Of a stretch of 64,000 nucleotides of DNA, positions 57,622-64,000 are shown piece after piece; the first letter of the stretch is position 1; each line of letters opens with the position of its first letter. The position numbers and the translations under genes were made by a program. Below the pieces are notes generated by a model. The model was not told where the DNA came from and made no database searches. It saw only the letters and a program-made list of their open reading frames with translations. Location of the stretch: the sequence record PQ390715.1. One strand, 5' to 3'.

Positions 57622-57836
57622 TTACTTTGTATCTCTCTCTGGAGGGCATCAATTAACATCAGTACAGCATTCTCTTGATAGTTTGTTCCTAAGACTGAAA
57701 GCATCTTAATCTCATTTACTAAAATCAACTTCTTTGAGGGTTCAATAATGTGACTATCATAAACGGCCTTCCGTGCTGGATAAGTTTTCGCCAGTAGAAC
57801 ATAAAATTCGTCTTTACTTAAATTAATCATTTGCAT
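57618..57836 (-). CDS. family B paralogue
   Basis: SVLGTNYQENA. Confidence 0.78.
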   Translation of the reverse strand: MQMINLSKDEFYVLLAKTYPARKAVYDSHIIEPSKKLILVNEIKMLSVLGTNYQENAVLMLIDALQREIQSK

Positions 57837-58045
57837 TTACTTTTAACCTCTTTCTGTAGAGCGTCAATCCATAGATCTACATACATTTGTTGATAGTTTG
57901 TGCCTAAGAGTGCACCTACATAGAGTTCAGTTACTAGTGCGTGCTTAAGGTTAGCTTGGATGCTCTTATCGCTTGATATCATTCTCCTTCTGCTTCCACA
58001 TGTTTTCAGGAGTCTGATGTATTCAAAGCCTTGTAAATTTCTCAT
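57827..58045 (-). CDS. family B paralogue
   Basis: ALLGTNYQQMY. Confidence 0.78.
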   Translation of the reverse strand: MRNLQGFEYIRLLKTCGSRRRMISSDKSIQANLKHALVTELYVGALLGTNYQQMYVDLWIDALQKEVKSKCK

Positions 58046-58257
58046 ATTTTGGATACCACCTTGTTACGTAAGGAACTTAATAATACGTCAGTGTAGATGT
58101 TTTGATAGTTTGTCCCTACGAATACACCCAACTTCATTTCAGCTATTATAACACATTTGTCCTCTTGTGCAATAGATTTGTTTAACACAATACTATACAC
58201 TTTTGATTTGATAGTTTGTAACCTCCAATGATACTGATACTCATTAAGGATTATCAT
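58042..58257 (-). CDS. family B paralogue
   Basis: VFVGTNYQNIY. Confidence 0.78.
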   Translation of the reverse strand: MIILNEYQYHWRLQTIKSKVYSIVLNKSIAQEDKCVIIAEMKLGVFVGTNYQNIYTDVLLSSLRNKVVSKI

Positions 58258-58504
58258 TCTCTTTCCTCCAGATTTCGGTTCTCATGTGTTGGCAGTGTGC
58301 ATCAATATATTGCTCTATCGATCTGGCGATTGCTGTTTTATCAGTGCCTGTCATCAGTACAAGCATCTCGGCCTCACAGTGAAGTAAACGCATGATATCA
58401 TAGGGTAATATTTCAGATACCGTGTCATAGTGTTTCTGTGCCAGTGTCTGCAATAGTTTACAATACATTTTGTGATTTAGTCTTTGTCGCATTGTTTCTT
58501 CCAT
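58244..58504 (-). CDS. family B paralogue (divergent)
   Basis: EAEMLVLMTGTDKTAI. Confidence 0.68.
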   Translation of the reverse strand: MEETMRQRLNHKMYCKLLQTLAQKHYDTVSEILPYDIMRLLHCEAEMLVLMTGTDKTAIARSIEQYIDAHCQHMRTEIWRKENDNP

Positions 58505-58749
58505 TCTCTTCTGGCTTGGCGGGTTTTATCTGATATTTCGTTTCTCAATGCAGAGATATATCGTAGAGTGAACAGTTCTTGATAGTTAGTCCCTATGAAT
58601 TTATTAAGATATACATCAGCGTTGACGATATCAGCTTCACGGGAATTATAAAGTTTATTGTTCGTGCGGAGGGTGTTTAGAAGAGAGAAGAGGGCAGTCT
58701 GATACTCCACTCCTGATAAAATCTTCATGTTTTGTGAGCAAATAATCAT
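58477..58749 (-). CDS. family B paralogue
   Basis: KFIGTNYQELF. Confidence 0.75.
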   Translation of the reverse strand: MIICSQNMKILSGVEYQTALFSLLNTLRTNNKLYNSREADIVNADVYLNKFIGTNYQELFTLRYISALRNEISDKTRQARREWKKQCDKD

Positions 58750-58969
58750 CTAGTTTATCCTGTATAACATTCGTTAATTGTTCGATATATTCTGTGCAAA
58801 ACTTATCTTGATATTGAGTCCCCATAAAGTACAGCAACCATAGCTCATTAACTTTAGCTCGCATTTGGTTCCATGTAAGGCTGGGGTCACCGTAGACTAT
58901 CCTTGTGATGGGGGTTAGTTTACGAATTATAGTTTCAAATTCATCATCAGTTAAGTGTTTCATTTGCAT
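58655..58969 (-). CDS. family B paralogue
   Basis: YFMGTQYQDKF. Confidence 0.75.
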   Translation of the reverse strand: MQMKHLTDDEFETIIRKLTPITRIVYGDPSLTWNQMRAKVNELWLLYFMGTQYQDKFCTEYIEQLTNVIQDKLDDYLLTKHEDFIRSGVSDCPLLSSKHPPHEQ

Positions 58970-59178
58970 TTGTCCCTTATTAAATCAGTGAGGGCAACTA
59001 TGTGTGCAACAACATACTCTTCCTGAAAGTTCGTCCCCAGTACAGCCATCATGCGTATATCGGTGGTGTTTATCCTGTGTTCCCTTACACATAAACCTTC
59101 TGTGTGAGGAAGTGTAAAATATTTGTTTATTGCAGCAACGATAATTTTATTCTTCTCGTAATTACTTAAATGTTTCAT
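58960..59178 (-). CDS. family B paralogue
   Basis: AVLGTNFQEEY. Confidence 0.78.
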   Translation of the reverse strand: MKHLSNYEKNKIIVAAINKYFTLPHTEGLCVREHRINTTDIRMMAVLGTNFQEEYVVAHIVALTDLIRDKCK

Positions 59179-59387
59179 AGTTTGCTCTTAATGTAGTTCT
59201 GAAGTTCAATTAAGTATTTCCCTACATAATACTCCTGAAAGTCTGTATCCAAAAATGCACCCATAAGTAAATCCTTCTCCATTGCCCTTGATAAGTTAAG
59301 GTCTGCATTTGAAAGGTATATAAGTAATATTTCAGTCTGGACAGAATTGAAACGTTTCTTATATTCTTCTGGTGTTAATATAATCAT
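59175..59387 (-). CDS. family B paralogue
   Basis: AFLDTDFQEYY. Confidence 0.78.
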   Translation of the reverse strand: MIILTPEEYKKRFNSVQTEILLIYLSNADLNLSRAMEKDLLMGAFLDTDFQEYYVGKYLIELQNYIKSKL

Positions 59388-59599
59388 AATTTGCTCCTGA
59401 TGTATTTCTCAAGAGATGACAAATACTTTTCCTCATAATACTCCTGATAGTCTGTTCCCAAGAATGCACCCAAAAGTATTTCATTTTCCAATACCTCGGC
59501 TAAGTTTAAATCAGACGTCTCTTCGTATATTATGAGGATTTCAAGTTGTCTGGCAGCGATGCGTTCAGTATATTGATATGAGTTTTCTATAATAATCAT
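59384..59599 (-). CDS. family B paralogue
   Basis: AFLGTDYQEYY. Confidence 0.78.
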   Translation of the reverse strand: MIIIENSYQYTERIAARQLEILIIYEETSDLNLAEVLENEILLGAFLGTDYQEYYEEKYLSSLEKYIRSKL

Positions 59600-59805
59600 A
59601 TTTTACTCTTAATATCTTCTATTAAAAATCGAATCCATTCTTCAACATAATCTTCCTGATGGTTTGTGTTCAGTACAGCCAACATGCGGATCTCTGCTCT
59701 TGCAACTTCAATTTCAGTTTTAGGCAGGTCTTTGCTGATATCCACCATTAAGTCCATGTATTTCAAGATAAGACCGTATGATTGGGTTCGTGTTATAGTT
59801 TTCAT
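59596..59805 (-). CDS. family B paralogue
   Basis: AVLNTNHQEDY. Confidence 0.78.
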   Translation of the reverse strand: MKTITRTQSYGLILKYMDLMVDISKDLPKTEIEVARAEIRMLAVLNTNHQEDYVEEWIRFLIEDIKSKI

Positions 59806-60002
59806 TGTTTCCTCGTGGACAATATTTTATTTTTCAATGTATCCATATATTGCCACACCCATCTACCCTGATAGTTTGTTCCCAATGTAATCAAAAGGTA
59901 TAACTCCATTCGTTCTACGTGTGTGTCTGTGTTGTAAATCTTTACGTAGTTTTTACGTAACAGTGATTGATATTCTTCTTTATTTAAAATACGCATTTTC
60001 AT
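59802..60002 (-). CDS. family B paralogue
   Basis: ITLGTNYQGRW. Confidence 0.78.
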   Translation of the reverse strand: MKMRILNKEEYQSLLRKNYVKIYNTDTHVERMELYLLITLGTNYQGRWVWQYMDTLKNKILSTRKQ

Positions 60003-60226
60003 AGTTTACTCGTTATATCTTCAATTAAATACCAAATCCAATCGTTGACATACCTTTCCTGAAAGTTAGTTCCAATGAATAGTGCCATAATTAATTCACG
60101 CTTATAGGCAATACCACGGTCATGGGACTTATACATTATCATAGCCATGTTATTGATAAGTCTTTCGTGGTGCTGTTCTTTAGTTAAAATACGCATAGGG
60201 ACTCCCTTAAAATTAATATCAATCAT
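59999..60226 (-). CDS. family B paralogue (likely start MRIL)
   Basis: LFIGTNFQERY. Confidence 0.78.
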   Translation of the reverse strand: MIDINFKGVPMRILTKEQHHERLINNMAMIMYKSHDRGIAYKRELIMALFIGTNFQERYVNDWIWYLIEDITSKL

Positions 60227-60254
60227 ATTTTATACGATTCATATAAAAAGTCAA
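60227..60254 (-). promoter_or_regulatory. sigma70-like promoter heading the family B array
   Basis: TTGACT-N16-TAAAAT. Confidence 0.6.
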
Positions 60255-60351
60255 TAACATTTTATTCGTAATACCCCTTTATCGAAGTCGCTAAGGTTAC
60301 CCGCCCTTTAGCCCCCTACGCATTTTGCCATAGTCCAATCCCTTTTATTTC

Positions 60352-60417
60352 AAAAAAGTCAAGGGATTACCTATGCATTTTTTTAACGCATAATTTTAAA
60401 AACGCCTTGACTTTTTT
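60352..60417. repeat. 13-bp perfect inverted repeat in a gene-free junction
   Basis: AAAAAAGTCAAGG (60352-60364) and CCTTGACTTTTTT (60405-60417). Confidence 0.8.
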
Positions 60418-60445
60418 CTGAATCAGTACTAGATCCCTTTACGCA

Positions 60446-60655
60446 TTAATCCTTCGTTACGCTAACGATTATCTGTGTATCCCCGTAGTCCTGCCATACT
60501 TCCACGCCATCGGTCGCCCTGGTTAGTCGTGCTGTCATCTGCTTAATGGTCTTAGGCTTTAGTGGAACCTGTTGCAGTACTGTACGCATAGCATCATTGA
60601 CGTTATCATGTACGCCTGCAATAGTACCTAGAACGCTGTATACTGTATAGAACAT
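60446..60655 (-). CDS. hypothetical early-region protein
   Basis: 69 aa; GGAGG SD; GC-richer codons. Confidence 0.75.
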   Translation of the reverse strand: MFYTVYSVLGTIAGVHDNVNDAMRTVLQQVPLKPKTIKQMTARLTRATDGVEVWQDYGDTQIIVSVTKD

Positions 60656-60723
60656 ATGTATGCCCTCCTGATATAGTTAAGGCCGCTACAAGGCGGCCTA
60701 TGATGTTTGGTGATGTGTAACGC

Positions 60724-61125
60724 TTACAGTCCTAAGATAGTGCGTGCTTCGTTACGTTCCGTACACAGCTGCATGATGTGAGCAAGTAAGTCCTTGCTAA
60801 TGTATCCGGTGTTCATAGCTTCACGAATAGATACATCATAAGCACCGAACCCCGTGCGAACGATACGCACATCATTCAGGTTAGTATTATAGATACCGCC
60901 GAGATCAACGGCTTCGAATACTACATCAACAGAATATTCATTGTTGCCATCGTGGAAGTTTTCCAGTGCAATAGTATTGGATACCGCCCAACGTTTGCAG
61001 TTTCCAATGATGCGGCACTGTTCCGGTTGGATAGTACCATTACTTACAGCGTACTCCAGTGCATCTTTACCAAAAGTCCGAGCCAGTACTAAAACGTCAG
61101 CGAAGGAATTGATTGAGAAGGTCAT
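60724..61125 (-). CDS. hypothetical early-region protein
   Basis: Start moved to MTFSINS (AAGGAG SD). Confidence 0.75.
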   Translation of the reverse strand: MTFSINSFADVLVLARTFGKDALEYAVSNGTIQPEQCRIIGNCKRWAVSNTIALENFHDGNNEYSVDVVFEAVDLGGIYNTNLNDVRIVRTGFGAYDVSIREAMNTGYISKDLLAHIMQLCTERNEARTILGL

Positions 61126-61147
61126 GATAAAACTCCTTAATTTAGGA

Positions 61148-61212
61148 GGGAGAACCATTTCCCCCTCTCTATGTAAAACATTATACTTGATTCTAAGTAC
61201 TATGCAAGTACT
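61148..61212 (-). promoter_or_regulatory. promoter + 5' stem-loop cassette, copy 1
   Basis: TTGCAT-N16-TATAAT then GGGGGAA-ATGG-TTCTCCC hairpin. Confidence 0.8.
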
Positions 61213-61214
61213 TT

Positions 61215-61547
61215 TTACATTTTAATACCTGGATTCAGGTAACGGTGAGATCCATATTCTGGATAGGTTTCGTTCCAGTACTGTAAATCGATAGTACCTT
61301 TCGCGTTAATCTTGTCTACCAGCTTATTCATCTTAGCGTATACTACGTCAGCATCGATGCGTTTAAAGCCAGTAGCTTTAGTGAAGTAGTAGTGATTTGC
61401 TTCACTATCATTAAGGATATACCGAGCACCGTTTGCAGTCTGTGCGATAATGATTGAGTATTCTACTTCCCGATCCAGACCGTCGATGAATACAGATGAA
61501 ACATTGGTACGGATGAAAGCTTTAACGATAGCGATTGAAGTACTCAT
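61215..61547 (-). CDS. hypothetical early-region protein
   Basis: 110 aa; AGGAG SD. Confidence 0.75.
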   Translation of the reverse strand: MSTSIAIVKAFIRTNVSSVFIDGLDREVEYSIIIAQTANGARYILNDSEANHYYFTKATGFKRIDADVVYAKMNKLVDKINAKGTIDLQYWNETYPEYGSHRYLNPGIKM

Positions 61548-61751
61548 TTTGAATCTCCTAACTTTGTGGGCCGTCGCACCATTGCCGCCCTACGAGATAC
61601 ATTATTGCAGTACTGATATACTTTGTCAATACTTTTTTATTAATAGTTTTCACTCCACCAGCAGATAGTTACTCACCGTTATTAACTATATATTTTGGAT
61701 ACACTTATGCACCCTGTGGGCTAGTTTTTGTCTATGCGTATATAATAGCAA

Positions 61752-61780
61752 AGGGACTGACCGGAGTCAATCCCTTTTTT
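61752..61780. terminator. terminator hairpin (possibly bidirectional)
   Basis: GGGATTGAC-TCCG-GTCAGTCCC on minus; long T-run on plus. Confidence 0.7.
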
Positions 61781-61792
61781 TATTCTTTTTTG

Positions 61793-61993
61793 TTAGATGA
61801 TTCTCCAATCTTCTACGATCATGGTAAGATAACGGACCATCGATTCAAGTGATTCGAATTCCCGATAGTCTGCCGCTCCACCAGCGGTACAAGTACAGCC
61901 GATTAAACCATTTTGCAATTCCTTAATCTGTACATCGATAAGGTTGGCTTTAGCTTCTTTCAGTACTTCAACCAGGGCGATAGCGATAGACAT
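61793..61993 (-). CDS. hypothetical early-region protein
   Basis: 66 aa; GGAG SD. Confidence 0.72.
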   Translation of the reverse strand: MSIAIALVEVLKEAKANLIDVQIKELQNGLIGCTCTAGGAADYREFESLESMVRYLTMIVEDWRII

Positions 61994-62017
61994 AATGTTT
62001 TACTCCAAACTATTGAC

Positions 62018-62076
62018 GGGAGAACTATTCCCCCGCTCGATGTAAAACATTATACATTACTGGTTAGTACTGTCAA
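62018..62076 (-). promoter_or_regulatory. promoter + 5' stem-loop cassette, copy 2
   Basis: TTGACA-N16-TATAAT, GGGGGAA-TAG-TTCTCCC. Confidence 0.8.
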
Positions 62077-62083
62077 ATAGTTT

Positions 62084-62341
62084 TTATGAAATATCTTCGA
62101 TGTAGTCGGCCCATTTCATTTTTTCAGTACTGTCAACGGCGACCGGATTATTTGGATCAAACCATTCACCATTACCGCAGTACATACCGACAGCTACGGT
62201 TTTATAGCCATCCTGGGCCGTACTCCACGACATTGCACGATAGATATGGCCTTTAACTGGTTGCAGTACTGGTAACGTTTTATGGTCTTCTACGTAGGCC
62301 ATAGCTTGAGGATTTACCCGATATTGTGTGAACTGTTCCAT
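62084..62341 (-). CDS. hypothetical early-region protein
   Basis: 85 aa. Confidence 0.72.
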   Translation of the reverse strand: MEQFTQYRVNPQAMAYVEDHKTLPVLQPVKGHIYRAMSWSTAQDGYKTVAVGMYCGNGEWFDPNNPVAVDSTEKMKWADYIEDIS

Positions 62342-62417
62342 TATGTTTCCCCTTGTAGTTAGTAAAGTTATTACATCAGTACTATCAAGCTATGTCAATA
62401 GTACTGAAATAAAACTT

Positions 62418-62642
62418 TTAGATTAGATTATTGATGCCGTTGATGGTAGACTCGCTTTCTTCTTTCTCCCATTGGCGGTAGTACTTCCATGCTTCATGAT
62501 ATGTGGCGATTAGTTCATCTTTTTGATCCTGAGTACATGCCAGTACTGAATCACGGTAAGAGGTGTTATAGATAGAATCGAATGATTTCTTCTCTTCTGC
62601 CAGGGTAGCTACTTCCCGCATCAGTTCATCAAAGTTAGCCAT
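62418..62642 (-). CDS. hypothetical early-region protein
   Basis: 74 aa; AAGGAG SD. Confidence 0.72.
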   Translation of the reverse strand: MANFDELMREVATLAEEKKSFDSIYNTSYRDSVLACTQDQKDELIATYHEAWKYYRQWEKEESESTINGINNLI

Positions 62643-62660
62643 TTTATTACTCCTTTTAGT

Positions 62661-62722
62661 GGGGGAGGATATCTCCCCCTATGCAAAACATTATACTTTG
62701 TTTTAGTTATTATGCAAGTACT
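62661..62722 (-). promoter_or_regulatory. promoter + 5' stem-loop cassette, copy 3
   Basis: TTGCAT-N16-TATAAT, GGGGGAG-ATATC-CTCCCCC. Confidence 0.8.
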
Positions 62723-62973
62723 TTTTTCATATAAAGATTATATTCTACACCGCCGTAACCTTCTAAGATGATATGTTTTGCGTTATCACGTTTGCACATA
62801 GTGAAACCGTTGTTGATGTGTTCTGCATTTTCCAGGGCTACATCACCGATTGCAGCACATACAGCACTTACAACGGTATTCCGCAAAGTACTGGTATCAT
62901 TAGCGGTCATAGTAGTTTGCAGTACTACGTTGTCGTATACGTGTGCATTGATAGTGATTTCGATAGTGTTCAT
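62710..62973 (-). CDS. hypothetical early-region protein
   Basis: 87 aa; GGAG SD. Confidence 0.72.
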   Translation of the reverse strand: MNTIEITINAHVYDNVVLQTTMTANDTSTLRNTVVSAVCAAIGDVALENAEHINNGFTMCKRDNAKHIILEGYGGVEYNLYMKKVLA

Positions 62974-62993
62974 GGTGTATCTCCCGGACTGGC

Positions 62994-63057
62994 GGGAGAA
63001 CTATTCCCCCGCTCTATGTAAAACATTATACGTTAATCTAACTACAATGCAAGTACT
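62994..63057 (-). promoter_or_regulatory. promoter + 5' stem-loop cassette, copy 4
   Basis: TTGCAT-N16-TATAAT, GGGGGAA-TAG-TTCTCCC. Confidence 0.8.
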
Positions 63058-63059
63058 TT

Positions 63060-63251
63060 TTAAATTTTATTTCCGATATAGTCCGGTCTATTCTTTTCGG
63101 TCATACGCTTTGCTAATGTTTGCATATGGCTTATTGCGTTTAATGTGTCTTCCTCCAGGGATGAATCAACATAATCAGGATCATTCTTCACCTTGCAATG
63201 GTTATGATAGCGTAGTACTGCCAGTACTTTTTTAACTTCTTCAACTGTCAT
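63060..63251 (-). CDS. hypothetical early-region protein
   Basis: 63 aa; ATGA overlap. Confidence 0.7.
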   Translation of the reverse strand: MTVEEVKKVLAVLRYHNHCKVKNDPDYVDSSLEEDTLNAISHMQTLAKRMTEKNRPDYIGNKI

Positions 63252-63520
63252 AATAAGTATTCCACTTCGTTAGCTTTCAGGTTAGTATCAATCATCAGTG
63301 GATTTTTGTAGTTCACAAAACGATTAGTTTTCTCGATAGCGAATCCCATATAATCCAGCTTACTTACAGTACATTCATTCTTAAAAACTTCTTTCGCTGC
63401 ATTGATGGCTGATTCAATTGATAACCGACCATCTAAGTTAATGTTTCCAAATGATCCACCAGCAGAAGTAGGATTACCGTTCATATCTTTAATGATCATA
63501 GTAGCGGAGTAGCTGGACAT
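63248..63520 (-). CDS. hypothetical early-region protein
   Basis: 90 aa; AAGGA SD. Confidence 0.72.
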   Translation of the reverse strand: MSSYSATMIIKDMNGNPTSAGGSFGNINLDGRLSIESAINAAKEVFKNECTVSKLDYMGFAIEKTNRFVNYKNPLMIDTNLKANEVEYLL

Positions 63521-63542
63521 AATTTTGTTTCCTTTTAGTATC

Positions 63543-63601
63543 GGGGAGAACTATTCTCCCCTTGATGTAAACTATTATACAGTACTAAGATACTTTGTCA
63601 A
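63543..63601 (-). promoter_or_regulatory. promoter + 5' stem-loop cassette, copy 5
   Basis: TTGACA-N16-TATAAT, GGGGAGAA-TAG-TTCTCCCC. Confidence 0.8.
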
Positions 63602-63604
63602 TAC

Positions 63605-63826
63605 TTAATTACGTTTAAAATGATATGTACCGTTATCATCCTGTACGCCCCATACTGATTTACCATCAACACCAGTGAAGCCGGATTGTATTTCAATATG
63701 GAAACCATTATTATCAACTACAAAAACTTTTTTATTTTCATCCCGATAACATTGATATTCTGAATCAACATTAAAGGCCGCATCATTCAGAAGATTGGAA
63801 GCGTAAATGCAAGTCATTGTAGTCAT
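63605..63826 (-). CDS. hypothetical early-region protein
   Basis: Start moved to MTTMTCIY (AAGGA SD). Confidence 0.72.
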   Translation of the reverse strand: MTTMTCIYASNLLNDAAFNVDSEYQCYRDENKKVFVVDNNGFHIEIQSGFTGVDGKSVWGVQDDNGTYHFKRN

Positions 63827-63848
63827 GATTTTATTCCTTATTCTTTGA

Positions 63849-63914
63849 GGGAGAACCGTTCCCCCCCTCTCGATATAAAACATTATACTTGATTCTAAGT
63901 ACAATGCAAGTACT
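63849..63914 (-). promoter_or_regulatory. promoter + 5' stem-loop cassette, copy 6
   Basis: Near-identical to copy 1; TTGCAT-N16-TATAAT. Confidence 0.8.
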
Positions 63915-64000
63915 TTTTAAAAATAGTTTTCAGTACTGAATACTTATATAATAGATACATTTATGCACCCTGTGGGTCAGTGAGCTATCTCTCAATGAAT

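Larger units (their letters stand above)
54224..60226 (-). repeat. uninterrupted tandem array of 27 family B genes (about 215-bp period)
   Basis: Each 63-104-aa ORF carries an LGTNYQE-type motif; starts and stops overlap or abut. Confidence 0.9.

Noticed and set aside
54224-60226. CRISPR-like reading of the roughly 215-bp periodic repeat
   Set aside because: Repeats are degenerate, in frame within ORFs, the spacers are far too long and no cas genes are present.
25544-60226. Integron cassette array or diversity-generating retroelement as the mechanism of the arrays
   Set aside because: No integrase or reverse transcriptase in the window, no attC-like palindromes between genes (they overlap or abut), and the 82-bp repeat pair lacks an adenine-specific mismatch pattern.
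25-63235. All plus-strand ORFs in the track (e.g. 25..225, 14771..15049, 43135..43587, 62768..63235) and short nested minus-strand ORFs in alternative frames
   Set aside because: They lie opposite or inside well-supported minus-strand genes, lack SD sites and have atypical composition; promoters and terminators all point leftwards.
16881-63904. Long N-terminal extensions in the track (to 17003, 21381, 45539, 61158, 63904)
   Set aside because: They run through a neighbouring gene, hairpins or promoter cassettes; downstream ATGs with good SD sites or ATGA overlaps are more credible.
1-64000. tRNA, tmRNA, rRNA genes and group I intron cores
   Set aside because: No T-arm GGTTCGA/CCA cloverleaf, tmRNA ends or ordered P7 R/S elements seen by eye; tRNAscan-SE/ARAGORN/cmscan would be decisive.
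1-64000. Stop-codon reassignment
   Set aside because: Standard code 11 already gives near-complete coding density, and the known enzymes are full length.

Overview
AT-rich (about 30-33% GC by eye), gene-dense segment of a large lytic phage genome. Essentially all credible genes are on the minus strand and use sigma70-type promoters and Rho-independent terminators. The content resembles the enterobacterial jumbo myophages of the RaK2/GAP32/CBB/121Q type; this is an inference, no search was run. The left 21 kb holds recognisable accessory enzymes: ClpP, two metallophosphoesterases, ATP-dependent DNA ligase, a Pth2-like protein, polynucleotide kinase/phosphatase, RNA ligase 1, a cytidylyltransferase-family protein and an N6-adenine DNA methyltransferase. 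These are interspersed with small paralogues (family C). From 25.5 to 60.2 kb the DNA is almost entirely two expanded paralogue arrays: about 50 diverged genes sharing an EExxFQxSxV motif (family A) and about 31 small helical genes sharing LGTNYQE (family B; 27 in one uninterrupted run). Beyond 60.4 kb a GC-richer region carries single genes, each behind a repeated promoter + stem-loop cassette, as in early/host-takeover regions. Signals not explained by the genes: (i) the palindrome AGTACT is about 8-9-fold over-represented, in all reading frames and in promoters; (ii) a roughly 585-nt non-coding, hairpin-rich element at 21.3-21.9 kb is a candidate large structured RNA. No tRNA, rRNA, CRISPR array, integrase or transposase was recognised.
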